From Nitrospinales bacterium (GTDB lineage: Bacteria; Nitrospinota_A; UBA7883; JACRGQ01), in the NCBI GenBank assembly GCA_023248535.1, contig JAHFEJ010000002.1, positions 2,714 to 66,713 of the forward strand: a DNA stretch of 64,000 nucleotides, written 5' to 3'. Both the position numbers and the translations under genes were made by a program. The stretch's first letter is position 1; each line of letters opens with the position of its first letter. Shown piece after piece: positions 1 through 9,778 of this stretch. The notes under the pieces were generated by a model, which searched no databases, had not been told where the DNA came from, and saw nothing but the letters and a program-made list of their open reading frames with translations.

Positions 1-87
1 AATGAATATTTTCAGGTTGTTAGCGAAAACGTACTTGGAGAAACTACCTCCCCCTGAGACGCTGCCAAACAACTGGCCGGGTCTTTT

Positions 88-510
88 TCAAATTGCCTGG
101 ATCTGGGGATCGGGGAAGGCCGCCCCCGCAGTTTTTTTGAGTCCCTCATCTATCCGGCTGCACAATTCCTCTTTATGGAACGGCTTCACCATGTAGCCCT
201 GTATTCCCAGCTTCATGCAATCGACGATGCTCTCCTTGTCCGAAAGCGCGGTGAGCATGATGACCACCGTTTTCTTGGGTTTTTTTTCGTTTTTTTCATG
301 CAGGCGGATTTCCTTCAGGGCGGTATATCCCGATACGAGCGGCATCATGATATCCAGAAGGATAACGTCGGGCCCCCACTTGTAATAAAGGTCCAACGCC
401 TCCTGTCCGTTGACCGCCGGGCGTTTTGAGTAAAGCTCGCTGCTCAATGCCTCGTCGATCATGATCTGCGATACTTTGGAATCGTCCGCTATGAGCACTT
501 TTAATTTCAT
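88..510 (-). CDS. Single-domain CheY-like response regulator (REC domain only)
   Basis: 140 aa. Conserved DD...D...K receiver pattern (LIADDS, LLDIMMP, MVKPF). Immediately downstream of the hybrid HK and probably in the same operon. Confidence 0.85.
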   Translation of the reverse strand: MKLKVLIADDSKVSQIMIDEALSSELYSKRPAVNGQEALDLYYKWGPDVILLDIMMPLVSGYTALKEIRLHEKNEKKPKKTVVIMLTALSDKESIVDCMKLGIQGYMVKPFHKEELCSRIDEGLKKTAGAAFPDPQIQAI

Positions 511-2777
511 CAGCCATATCCGTTCAAATGGTCATTTTGCGTTGAAGTTTTGGGTAAGGTGAAGAAAAAGACGCTTCCCGAACCTACTTTGCTTTCCACC
601 CCTATTTCGCCGCCATGCGCATTGACGATTTTATGCGCGATGGCCAGGCCAAGGCCGGTGCTCTTTTCGTTCCCGGTCGGACGGACGGTTGTCCTGCTAA
701 ACGGCTTGAACAGCCGGGGTTGTTCCTCCGCGGGGATGCCGACCCCCTCGTCCCGTATGGAAACCTTTACAAAGGAGCCGGCGTTTTCAACGAGGACATG
801 GATATGTTTATTCGGCATGGTGAACTTGATGGCGTTACTGAGCAGGTTGTCTATAACCTGCTCCATTTTGTGTTTGTCCATATCGACAATCGTTCCGCGG
901 GAAAGCGAACAGGTGATCGCGATTTCTTTCTGTTTCGCGACAACATCGGCCAGATTCACCCGGTTTTGGACAACCGGCGCGAGGTCCAAAGGCCTCCGTT
1001 GCAGTAAAACGGCGCCGACCTCGATCTTGGAAATATCAAGCAGGTCTTCAAGAAGTTTCAACATCCCGTCGCTGGCATCGATGATGATCTCGAGGAATTT
1101 CTTTGCCGTTGCGGCATCATGGTCGCCTTCATGCAGGAGCCGCGCATATCCCTGTATGGAGGAAAGCGGGTTGCGCAGGTCATGCGCGGCGATGCTGAGA
1201 AATTTGTCCTTCTCCGCATTTACCGCCCTCAATCCCTCCTTCTCTTTCAGGAGTTCTTCATACAGTTCCTTGTTCCTCAGGTGGGTGCCGATCCTTGCCA
1301 GCAGTTCGGATTCGTCGAACGGTTTCACGATGTAATCGTTGGCCCCCGCGGCCAGGCCGTGGAGCACATCCGACTTGTTTGAAGACGCCGTCACCATAAT
1401 GATCGGCACATGACGGTACTCCTTCATCTCCCTGACCCGCGCCGTGAGCGCGAAGCCGTCCATCTTCGGCATGAAGCAGTCGGTGACGATGATGTCCGGC
1501 TTGAACCCCGGAAGGAGCTTAAGGGCCGCCTCGCCGTCCGGCGCCATTTCCACGTTATAGCCGTTTTTCTTGAAAAAATACCTCATGATGTGGCGGGTGA
1601 CGCCGCTGTCGTCCGCCACGAGGATTTTTTCCTTCTTGATGATCTTCCGCGCCTCAACGAGCATCCGGAGAAACCCGGTCAGGCGGCCCGGAGTGAACGG
1701 CTTGGTGAAATACTCCACCGCGCCCGCCTCGAATCCCTTTATCCTCAAAGTCGGCGTATCGCTTGCCGTGATGATCAGCACCGGGATGTTTTCGGTGACG
1801 GGGTCTTCCTTCAGCCGCTTGCACGCCTCAAGGCCGCCCATGACCGGCATCTCCACGTCCATGGTGATAATATCCGGCTTTATCAGCCTCGCTTTTTCCA
1901 CGGCATCAAGGCCGTTCTCCGCCTTGTAAATGTTGCTCCACGTCGACGAGAGTTCCATGTGAATGACCGCCCGCGCCCCGGCGCTGTCGTCCACTATCAG
2001 TATTTTTTCCGGCTTTTTTTCGGACTCCTCCCTTTCAAGCTGGAAAAGCACGTTTATCAATTCGCTTTCAATAACCGGCTTTTTGAGGAAGTGGTTGACG
2101 CCGGACTCGAAAGCATTTTCTATATTCTGCGGGGTTACGTCGCTTGAGATGATTATCGTGCGGACATTGGCCGTCAGGTGGTCGGTAAGGACGTTATGGC
2201 ACAACGTGTAACCGTCCATGTCGGCCAGCAGAACGCTCGTCATCAGAATGTCCGGCTTGGCGTTCCGCGCCGTTTCCAGCGCATCTTTTCCCATCGTGGC
2301 GTGTAAGACGGTATAGCCCCATTTGCCAAGCCACTTATCAAGTATCCGGGAGACCGTCGGCGACGGGTCGCAGATCAGTATCCTCTTGAGCTTGTGCCGT
2401 TTTTCGTTATAGCTCATGACCTCCTGGTGCAATATCCCTTCGGTTATGAACTTTTGCTGGACGAATATGTCGCCGATGCGGACTTTCCGGCGCGTCCGTA
2501 TGTCGAGCAGGTATTTGAGCTGGCTTGAGGTCAGATAGCCGAGCGACACCGCCGCTTCGCCAAACATAACGTCGGGCTTGCCTTCTAGGTAATCGCTTAT
2601 CTCGTTCACTTTTTCCGGTGAGAGGTAATTCACTTCTACCGCGATCTCTCCCAGGAGCCGGTGCTTGTTCTGCACCCTTTGGGCGAACTCATGCTGTTCT
2701 TTGGTGATCAGCCCCTTGCTGACGAGATGTTCGCCGAATCCCACGTGGTTTCCCTTCCCGATAAAAGCCGCGATCAT
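510..2777 (-). CDS. Hybrid sensor histidine kinase: N-terminal tandem MshEN/T2SSE_N-like motifs, three REC domains, HisKA and HATPase_c
   Basis: 755 aa. Four copies of a ~24-aa xGExxVxxGLITxxQ motif at the N-terminus. Three receiver modules (KRILICD.., KILIVDDS.., KILVADDS..). H-box AHDLRNPLSSIQGY and G-box GLGLAIAHKIV. Confidence 0.85.
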   Translation of the reverse strand: MIAAFIGKGNHVGFGEHLVSKGLITKEQHEFAQRVQNKHRLLGEIAVEVNYLSPEKVNEISDYLEGKPDVMFGEAAVSLGYLTSSQLKYLLDIRTRRKVRIGDIFVQQKFITEGILHQEVMSYNEKRHKLKRILICDPSPTVSRILDKWLGKWGYTVLHATMGKDALETARNAKPDILMTSVLLADMDGYTLCHNVLTDHLTANVRTIIISSDVTPQNIENAFESGVNHFLKKPVIESELINVLFQLEREESEKKPEKILIVDDSAGARAVIHMELSSTWSNIYKAENGLDAVEKARLIKPDIITMDVEMPVMGGLEACKRLKEDPVTENIPVLIITASDTPTLRIKGFEAGAVEYFTKPFTPGRLTGFLRMLVEARKIIKKEKILVADDSGVTRHIMRYFFKKNGYNVEMAPDGEAALKLLPGFKPDIIVTDCFMPKMDGFALTARVREMKEYRHVPIIMVTASSNKSDVLHGLAAGANDYIVKPFDESELLARIGTHLRNKELYEELLKEKEGLRAVNAEKDKFLSIAAHDLRNPLSSIQGYARLLHEGDHDAATAKKFLEIIIDASDGMLKLLEDLLDISKIEVGAVLLQRRPLDLAPVVQNRVNLADVVAKQKEIAITCSLSRGTIVDMDKHKMEQVIDNLLSNAIKFTMPNKHIHVLVENAGSFVKVSIRDEGVGIPAEEQPRLFKPFSRTTVRPTGNEKSTGLGLAIAHKIVNAHGGEIGVESKVGSGSVFFFTLPKTSTQNDHLNGYG

Positions 2778-2876
2778 TTTAGTCCACTTTCATTGTAGCT
2801 ATTTGTGCTATTTCATTCCATTCTATTTTTCGCCATAGCCGCACCCCGATAAATCTAAAAAGATACATTTTACCCC

Positions 2877-2992
2877 GTTTCCGAAATTGGAAATGATACG
2901 CATATGTTTATCGCTTTGCTTTTCACCCATATTCAAGGCTGATTGCATTTTTTTTTGTTTGCACAAAAAAGTGCGTTTCCAATTTCGGTCCG
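2877..2992. promoter_or_regulatory. AT-rich promoter region of the HK operon containing the 13-bp inverted repeat GAAATTGGAAA(C/T)G
   Basis: CCGAAATTGGAAATG at about 2877-2891 and its reverse complement CGTTTCCAATTTCGG at about 2978-2992. Lies in the intergenic spacer upstream of the minus-strand HK start. Confidence 0.3.
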
Positions 2993-3206
2993 GGACAAAC
3001 CCGGGGATCGGTTTTCCGGCGTTTTCCGTGTATTACGCTATTCCACACGCCAGCCGTGTTAAAAAACGTCCTTCAACTTCGGATTCCGGGTTTTATCTTC
3101 CTTCGTATTCATAAAGACGAAGGGGGGTTCAGGCTGAATGCGGCGGAACTATTTCTGGCCGTGGTAGCCGTAGACGCGGTAGAGGGTGAATTGGCGCACC
3201 GGCTTA

Positions 3207-5780
3207 TTATGCGCGGAATTTGATCTTTACGCGTTTTCTGGCAAGCAGGGCGGAGAGGATAAGCATTGCCATGATTCCCAATAAAACGCCAGGATATGCG
3301 GCGCAATAAACTATCGGGAGCAAAAGCGCCATGACCACATTTTTCGCCAATCCATTATTCCGGATTTTATCCGCAAGCGCCGGTGAATAGCGGTTATACA
3401 TTTCCACGAACATCCTTCCCGGCACGTTGGTAAGCAAATGATCGTCCCTGAACCGCTTCAGCACCGTTACATGCCAATCCATATTGTTTCCGTAGGCCGC
3501 TGTTGCTATAAAGCAGCCGGATTTGCCGCCTCCTCCAGCCGAGGCAGTAGTGACGGTAGTTGCCGGGGGGGACGCTGTTGCAGCCGCCGGCGTTCCGTAA
3601 CGAAAGAGTCCTTCCCCCTGGGTTGCCGCATAAAGCACCTTGCCGTCCGCGGATATCGCCATTGACTTAACGGCCCTCGTGGATAATCCGGTCATGGCGC
3701 TGTCCGGGAACGGAGCCCATGTTTCCCCGCCATCGGCCGACATATAAACGCCAGAGGTCCAATCGCCCGCATAAACCGCCGCCGAACCAGCGGGGGCCAC
3801 CACTATCCCCCGCACCTGCGGATTCGCGGAAGAAAACCCGGTGTTTTTCGGCCCCGCCCACGTCGCGCCGCCATCGGCACTTTTGAAAATCCCCACCTTC
3901 TCGCTCGCGGCGAACAGGATCAACGGGTTGGATGGGTCGATGGCGACCGCGCGGATATCCGCGTTACCCAGGCCGTTGAGTTGCGACCAGCTGGAGGCTC
4001 CGTCCGAGGTTGAAAACATGCCGCCGGTGGTGGCCGCGAAGGCTTTTTTGGGATCGGCCGCGCCCACAACGATCATGTTTATATTTTTACCGTCGAGGAC
4101 GGAAGGCTTTGCGGCCCAAGTGGCACCCGCATCGGAGGAAACATAAGTAACGGTTCCCACCGGGACGGTGGTATCGACCGTATTCCGGTCTTTTGCCAGC
4201 CCGGCGTACACGATTCTTGTGTCGGAAGGGGCAAAGGCAAGCGCCTTGAAACCCTGCCGCGTGAGCGAACTGCCGGCGTTCGCGGATGGATGCCTCAGCA
4301 CCTCCGTGAATGTTGCGCCGCTATCAATACTCCTGAAGATCACGCCTTGATGTTCATCGGTAACGATAATGATCGCGGTGTCATCCGGTTTTTGCCGTAT
4401 GGAATACCATTCAGGAATCCCGGATGCGCCGCCCGTTGCAATTCCGGTCCAATCATCCCCGCCGTTTGCGCTTTTGAATGGGCCGCTCCTCCCGATTACA
4501 TAAACAAGGCCGCTGGTTGTCGGATCGACATCCACGCCGTGCAAATCCGCGCCGGTATATCCCTTGCTCCACGCCACCCATGTATTCGCTCCATCGGTGG
4601 ACTTAAAAAGGCCGCCGCCGTAAGCGTTGGCGTACAGGGTATTGGCATCGTCATAGGAGACGGTTACGTCTATCGGCACTCCGGCCCGTATCCCGGCCGG
4701 ACCCCAAATCCCCCCCGAATTCCGGAGGGTGCTCCATGTTGTTCCCCCATCCTGGCTGCGATAGAAAGCGACCGAGCTTCCGGCGTAAACGATCAACGGA
4801 TTGGACGTGCTGAAATTGACGGTGGTGAGAATATCGTTTGATACCACCTTTGTCCATGCACCGCCCCCGTTCGCCGTTTTGAACAGGCCGCTGATGAAAC
4901 CGCCGCCGGAATCCGCGGAACAGGCGTTGTTACCGGTGGCCGCAAAAAGAATGTCGGGGTTCGACGGGTGCATCCGGAGGCTGCCCACGTAAAGATCGGC
5001 AAGGCCGGTGTTTACGGCATTCCACGTCGTTCCGCCGTCGGCGCTTTTTATCACGCCGACCCCGCCCCTGATGCCGTTGGTGCAATCCGAATTATTCGCT
5101 TCCCTGTCGAAAATACCCGTTGATGCATAAAGCATGTTCGGGTCGGCCGGATTGATAATCAGATAGCGGGCGAGGTTATCACCTTTCCATATTTTGACCC
5201 AATTGGCTCCTCCGTCCACGGTTTTGTAAATTCTTCCTTTCGTCCGGTTGAACTCTTTTCCGTTCACCGCCGTCGGCACTTCCGCCATTGCATATACCGT
5301 ATTGGAATTCCCGCTTTGTATGGTAAATCCCCTGAATACCAGCCCTATGTCGGTTTCCAGGCTGATACCGTTGACCATCAGGCTCCAGGTAACTCCCGCA
5401 TCGGCGGACTTATACACCCCAAAATCGGCCCCCTGCCCCTGTGTACCGGCCCAGACTATGTTGGGATCATTGGGATCTATTGTGAGGCTGAAAATAGGAA
5501 CGGAATTGCCGCTGGAACCGGATCGGATAAGAATGCCTGAATTGCTGCTGACCCATGTGGCCCCCGTATTGGAGCTTCTGTTGACGCCGCTCCAGTTGTC
5601 GGTAACCAACATGATGTTTTTTGTGGAAGGGTTGATCCGTATATCGTAACCAAGGCCGCCTATCGGCCCGCCCGTCTTTACCCAGGAACCGGCGTGGCTG
5701 GCGGCAGGGGCAAGGGATAAGGCGAAGAGGCACGACAGGGCCCCAATGCCGAAACCCCGCATCCTATTCACAAAGCGCAA
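3207..5780 (-). CDS. Secreted BNR/Asp-box repeat protein (sortilin/Ycf48-like beta-propeller) with a C-terminal CFIATAAYG motif, TM helix and basic tail
   Basis: 857 aa. Signal peptide. More than 12 S/T-x-D-G-G-x-T/A-W Asp-box repeats. C-terminus GCFIATAAYGN followed by a hydrophobic helix and RKRVKIKFRA. An alternative start at MRGFG (5762) would abut the upstream gene. Confidence 0.75.
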   Translation of the reverse strand: MRFVNRMRGFGIGALSCLFALSLAPAASHAGSWVKTGGPIGGLGYDIRINPSTKNIMLVTDNWSGVNRSSNTGATWVSSNSGILIRSGSSGNSVPIFSLTIDPNDPNIVWAGTQGQGADFGVYKSADAGVTWSLMVNGISLETDIGLVFRGFTIQSGNSNTVYAMAEVPTAVNGKEFNRTKGRIYKTVDGGANWVKIWKGDNLARYLIINPADPNMLYASTGIFDREANNSDCTNGIRGGVGVIKSADGGTTWNAVNTGLADLYVGSLRMHPSNPDILFAATGNNACSADSGGGFISGLFKTANGGGAWTKVVSNDILTTVNFSTSNPLIVYAGSSVAFYRSQDGGTTWSTLRNSGGIWGPAGIRAGVPIDVTVSYDDANTLYANAYGGGLFKSTDGANTWVAWSKGYTGADLHGVDVDPTTSGLVYVIGRSGPFKSANGGDDWTGIATGGASGIPEWYSIRQKPDDTAIIIVTDEHQGVIFRSIDSGATFTEVLRHPSANAGSSLTRQGFKALAFAPSDTRIVYAGLAKDRNTVDTTVPVGTVTYVSSDAGATWAAKPSVLDGKNINMIVVGAADPKKAFAATTGGMFSTSDGASSWSQLNGLGNADIRAVAIDPSNPLILFAASEKVGIFKSADGGATWAGPKNTGFSSANPQVRGIVVAPAGSAAVYAGDWTSGVYMSADGGETWAPFPDSAMTGLSTRAVKSMAISADGKVLYAATQGEGLFRYGTPAAATASPPATTVTTASAGGGGKSGCFIATAAYGNNMDWHVTVLKRFRDDHLLTNVPGRMFVEMYNRYSPALADKIRNNGLAKNVVMALLLPIVYCAAYPGVLLGIMAMLILSALLARKRVKIKFRA

Positions 5781-7413
5781 TTTCCTTACTCCAGAGTTCC
5801 AGGTCTGTTAAAGGCCACCCTTTGGAATCCATCCACTGTTTGAACGCCCTTCGGTAGATCAGCTTCACCTTTACTGTACTACAACCTGATTTTTTGGGCT
5901 TGAATAAATATCGGGAAGAATCGCTTCCGCCCGCCGGTATGCGGTTGTCCGAAACTATTCTGGTCTGCCTCCAGTGGGGGGCTGGCGACCGGTAATTCGG
6001 ATTGACCTTGCCCGGATATTCCGCTGCGGCATCCCCCAGTATTTTTGCAAACCCCTTTCCCGGCAACCCGGCATAATCGCCGTTTATCTCGGATCCGATG
6101 CCGCCCCAATCCGGCACCACCGGGCCTCCGGCAAATTCCAGTTTTTTTCCGCCGCCGTCGTTGGCCGCCACCAGCAATATCAGGTTGCGCATCGGCACCC
6201 CCGTCGGGAAGTGGTGCCCGGCTTTTTCATTCGTTATCGTCACGTCGACCGTCAGGCCGTTTTTATTTTTTTCAGCGGCGACGTTAATTTTCAAAGCGCT
6301 GGCAATAAAGCGGGCATCGCGCGAACCGGGCATGTTGTGGGTGGATATGGTTTTTGGATCCCTGCTTACGCCGCCTTTCCCTGGAGGAACGATAAAGACT
6401 GATTTCATGCCGGGCGCCATGTGGCAATCCTGGCACTCCGTTCCTCGGGCGGGATAGGGGCTTTTAAGCCATTCATCGTACTCGGAGTAAACAGGCGTTC
6501 CCCAGAAACTGGCGCTGTGGCACGGGGCGCAAAACCGGCTTTTCGTATAGAGGGAGGAGTAGGTATCAGGCCCCGCCGTCACGTCGTCAAGAGGCCCATA
6601 GAACAGTTGTTCGCCGGGGGGAGGACGATTAAAACGCATCGATAACACCCCCGGATACCCGCCGCCATGAATATCGGTCCCTTTGATCTTGTGGCAGAAA
6701 TCGCATGGTATCCCTTCTCGCGCGGCGCCTTTTATGTTGTTAAGATCCGTATTCCAGGGATCGGCCATCGCCGCAACGGGTGCATGGCAGGTGGCGCAAT
6801 TCCCCGCCGAGCCGGGAAAATCGAGCCGGTATCCGGGATATATTCCATTATTGCCTTTGGCATCAGTCCCGTTGTACATATCCAGCAACAGCGGGTTTCG
6901 CGCGGACATGGAATGGGCGCTTGCCCGCCACTCTGGCACAGTTGTGTTTTCGTGGCAGTTTGAGCAGTTATTTTCAAACCTGCTTCTCTGTTTTTTGTTG
7001 CCGGTCATAAAGGAGAAGGCCCGGCCTATCCCGATGGAGATTTTTTCCATGAGGGTTGGCGGTTCGGGTGAAACCCACTGGTAATCCTTTGTATCGGCAA
7101 ACGGAATGGGGTGCAGATGGATCACCGCATTCCCGGAATTTTCGGCAGTTTCGGTTCCGGCAATGAGATACCCCTCTTTCCATGCGCTAACCGTTATGTT
7201 GCCGGCGGGCGTATTTTCCAGCGTAAACATACCTTTGGCATCGGTCACTGTTTGTATTCGAGCGGCCCGCATGCGAACTGCGGCACGCGGGGCCGGCACA
7301 CCGCCCTCGGTAAGAACGATCCCCGTTACCTGCCGCGCCAACGCAAAATCACCGGGGAAGCAAATAAAGGCAAACGAAAAAATAACAAGGCATTTCATGG
7401 CGGCGTTGATCAT
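5764..7413 (-). CDS. Pentaheme c-type cytochrome with an N-terminal carboxypeptidase-regulatory-like domain
   Basis: 549 aa. Signal peptide. Five CxxCH motifs (CSNCH, CATCH, CDFCH, CAPCH, CQDCH). Its stop overlaps the start of the BNR protein. Confidence 0.8.
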   Translation of the reverse strand: MINAAMKCLVIFSFAFICFPGDFALARQVTGIVLTEGGVPAPRAAVRMRAARIQTVTDAKGMFTLENTPAGNITVSAWKEGYLIAGTETAENSGNAVIHLHPIPFADTKDYQWVSPEPPTLMEKISIGIGRAFSFMTGNKKQRSRFENNCSNCHENTTVPEWRASAHSMSARNPLLLDMYNGTDAKGNNGIYPGYRLDFPGSAGNCATCHAPVAAMADPWNTDLNNIKGAAREGIPCDFCHKIKGTDIHGGGYPGVLSMRFNRPPPGEQLFYGPLDDVTAGPDTYSSLYTKSRFCAPCHSASFWGTPVYSEYDEWLKSPYPARGTECQDCHMAPGMKSVFIVPPGKGGVSRDPKTISTHNMPGSRDARFIASALKINVAAEKNKNGLTVDVTITNEKAGHHFPTGVPMRNLILLVAANDGGGKKLEFAGGPVVPDWGGIGSEINGDYAGLPGKGFAKILGDAAAEYPGKVNPNYRSPAPHWRQTRIVSDNRIPAGGSDSSRYLFKPKKSGCSTVKVKLIYRRAFKQWMDSKGWPLTDLELWSKEIALCE

Positions 7414-7487
7414 GCCTGTATTTTATCTTCCTTCCGTTTACCTGTTCGCAATCTAAATTTGCTTGCAACATGGCGGGAGAAGAGACG

Positions 7488-8978
7488 TTATTTTTGGCCG
7501 TGGTAGCCGTAGACGCGGTAGAGAACGAACTGGCGCACCGGCTGGCCGCCGCGGCTGATGGTGAGTTCTTTCGCCACTTCGGCCCGGTCAAAGAGGTAGA
7601 ACGCGTCCGGCGGCTCCTCGAAACGGTTGTCCGCCACGAAGATGAAATCGGCCCCGGCGGGGGGGATTTTGTCGGGGAAAAAGTCGAACTGGTCGGTCGA
7701 TCCGTTGAGGCAGTAGACAGGCAGTTTGTTGAGCGTGGCGAAATCGAGCTGCGAGCACATCACCCAGTGGTGGGCCATCACGAATTTTCCCTGTGCGCCG
7801 GGGAGTTTTGCGTACTCTTCTTCCACGGCCTTTCCCACTTCGGGCCAGCCGTACAGCTCGTTGATGATGTCGTATTTCGGCTTGAGCGGCAGGATGGGAT
7901 AAAACACGTGGATGTAAAAAGTCGCCACCAGCGCGGCGGAAAGCCCGATGGCGGCATAGCTGAATTTTTTCCACTGTTCCCGCCGCGTGGCCAGATAGTG
8001 TCCCCACGCGATGTAGAGCGTAAGGTAGCCGAAGGCGGCCCAGTGCGGCTCGGAGGTATGCGACCAGAGGCCGATGTAGTAGAAAAAAACAAGCGGCGGC
8101 GCGCCAAGCCAGAAGAGCGGCGCGAAGCGCATGTCGCGTCCGGCAAAGAGCGATTTGCCGGCGCGGTACGCCGCGTAGCAAAGCCCCAGCCAGATGAGCG
8201 GCGACATGTACAGCCCCTGCCCGCCGATGAACTGGCCGCTGTGATCCCACCCGAAATGCTCTTCCACGTTGCGGTCCACCAGGTGGAACTTGAACGACGG
8301 GAAGTTGTTGATGATATTCCAGGCGATCACCGGCGCGAAGGCCAAAAGCCCCAGCACGCCGCCGAGGTAGATGTGCGGCTTTTTGAGGTGATGGCGCAAC
8401 GCGGGGTGGAAGCCGAGCATCAGCAGGGTGGAGGGAACCAGCGGCGCCAACATGTATTTCCCCAGCAGCCCCGCGCCGATGGCAAGACCGGCGGGGTACC
8501 ACAGAAGCGGCCTGTCTTCGCGCACCGCTTTCGCCGCGATGTTCACGAAAAGCATCCAGAAAAATGCGGCGGGGATGTCCGGCACCATCTGCAGGGCGCC
8601 GAAGGCGAATAGCGGCGTCACGTTGAACAGCAGCAGCGCCCAGAAACCGGTCTCGCGGTTGCCGAATATTTCATAGGCGGTTTTATAAATGAGCCAGCAG
8701 ACGCCGACGAAGATGATGGCCGAGGGGAAGCGCACGCAGAACGGCGAATCGCCGTGTACGGCGGTGGATAGCCGGATGAGCCACGCCACCAGCGGCGGGT
8801 GATCGTAGTAGCTCAGGTCCATGTGGCGCGACCATGTCCAGTAGTACGATTCGCTGTCGCCCAGGCCGGTTTGTCCCATTATCGCCATGTGGCAAAGGGT
8901 AAACGCGGTTACGAGGATGATGGAGCGGGTGCGCCAGACTATGCCGGACCGGCCCTGTTCTGAATTCATGGTGTCCAT
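7488..8978 (-). CDS. GT39/ArnT-PMT family membrane glycosyltransferase (undecaprenyl- or dolichyl-phosphate sugar transferase-like)
   Basis: About 496 aa polytopic membrane protein with the conserved YYDHPPL motif. Start ATG at 8978 chosen just downstream of the lpxI stop; the ORF track extends to 9017. Confidence 0.7.
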   Translation of the reverse strand: MDTMNSEQGRSGIVWRTRSIILVTAFTLCHMAIMGQTGLGDSESYYWTWSRHMDLSYYDHPPLVAWLIRLSTAVHGDSPFCVRFPSAIIFVGVCWLIYKTAYEIFGNRETGFWALLLFNVTPLFAFGALQMVPDIPAAFFWMLFVNIAAKAVREDRPLLWYPAGLAIGAGLLGKYMLAPLVPSTLLMLGFHPALRHHLKKPHIYLGGVLGLLAFAPVIAWNIINNFPSFKFHLVDRNVEEHFGWDHSGQFIGGQGLYMSPLIWLGLCYAAYRAGKSLFAGRDMRFAPLFWLGAPPLVFFYYIGLWSHTSEPHWAAFGYLTLYIAWGHYLATRREQWKKFSYAAIGLSAALVATFYIHVFYPILPLKPKYDIINELYGWPEVGKAVEEEYAKLPGAQGKFVMAHHWVMCSQLDFATLNKLPVYCLNGSTDQFDFFPDKIPPAGADFIFVADNRFEEPPDAFYLFDRAEVAKELTISRGGQPVRQFVLYRVYGYHGQK

Positions 8979-8980
8979 CA

Positions 8981-9778
8981 CTATACGGCGGCCAGTACGA
9001 TGTTGTGTTTGTCGCAATACGCGGCGACGGCGGGGAGATCGATAACCACCACGCCGCCCGCTTCAACGGCCAGCGCGGACGCGCCGTATTCCGCCAGCAG
9101 TTGAACGGTCCGGTTCCCCACCGAGGGGATGTCGTACCGGAGGTCCTGATTCGGGCGGCTGGATTTGATCATCACCGCCCCTTTCCCCCCCAGTTCGCAG
9201 CCGCGCCGGATCGCCGCATCGGTTCCCTCCACCGCTTCCACGGCAAGAACCACGCCATCTTTAACGATGATGGTTTGGCCGATCTCTTTTCCCGCAAGAT
9301 CGCGGCAGAGGGTCATGGACCGGGCAAATTCTTCAGCCATCGCCCCGGACGGGGCGGTTTTTCCCAGCACCCCTTTTTGCGGGATGAGCGCCGGCAGCCA
9401 ATCGGTCTGTTTGGCCACGGTCATCCCCTCCCCTTCCAGTTCGTTGATGATGGCGGTCATGATGGAGCTATCGTCCTTTTGAAGGAGGCGTCCCATCAAT
9501 TTCACGGCGCGCAGGTCGAACTTGAGGTTTTGAAAGACGGATACCTTCTCGATCTTTCCGATGAGCACCACTTCGGAGACGCCGGCATCCTTAAAGACAT
9601 TGATCACTTTGTCGGTCTGACCGAGGCCGCAACGGTGAACCGCCGCCATGCCCTCCAGGGCGTCGGCCGATTCCGGCTGGAAGGCGACGGCGACAACGGC
9701 GCGGCCCCGTTCCCGCGCGGTTTCGCAGACGATGCGGGGGAGCGAACCGGCTCCGGCGATAAGGCCGAGGGGGGCCAT
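8981..9778 (-). CDS. lpxI: UDP-2,3-diacylglucosamine hydrolase LpxI (DUF1009)
   Basis: 265 aa. Begins MAPLGLIAGAGSLP and has the family-typical GTDAAIRRG segment. Sits in a lipid A gene neighbourhood. Confidence 0.75.
   Translation of the reverse strand: MAPLGLIAGAGSLPRIVCETARERGRAVVAVAFQPESADALEGMAAVHRCGLGQTDKVINVFKDAGVSEVVLIGKIEKVSVFQNLKFDLRAVKLMGRLLQKDDSSIMTAIINELEGEGMTVAKQTDWLPALIPQKGVLGKTAPSGAMAEEFARSMTLCRDLAGKEIGQTIIVKDGVVLAVEAVEGTDAAIRRGCELGGKGAVMIKSSRPNQDLRYDIPSVGNRTVQLLAEYGASALAVEAGGVVVIDLPAVAAYCDKHNIVLAAV

Noticed and set aside
2-196. 64-aa plus-strand ORF at the window edge
   Set aside because: Overlaps the well-supported minus-strand response regulator, and has no RBS or features. 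Probably spurious.
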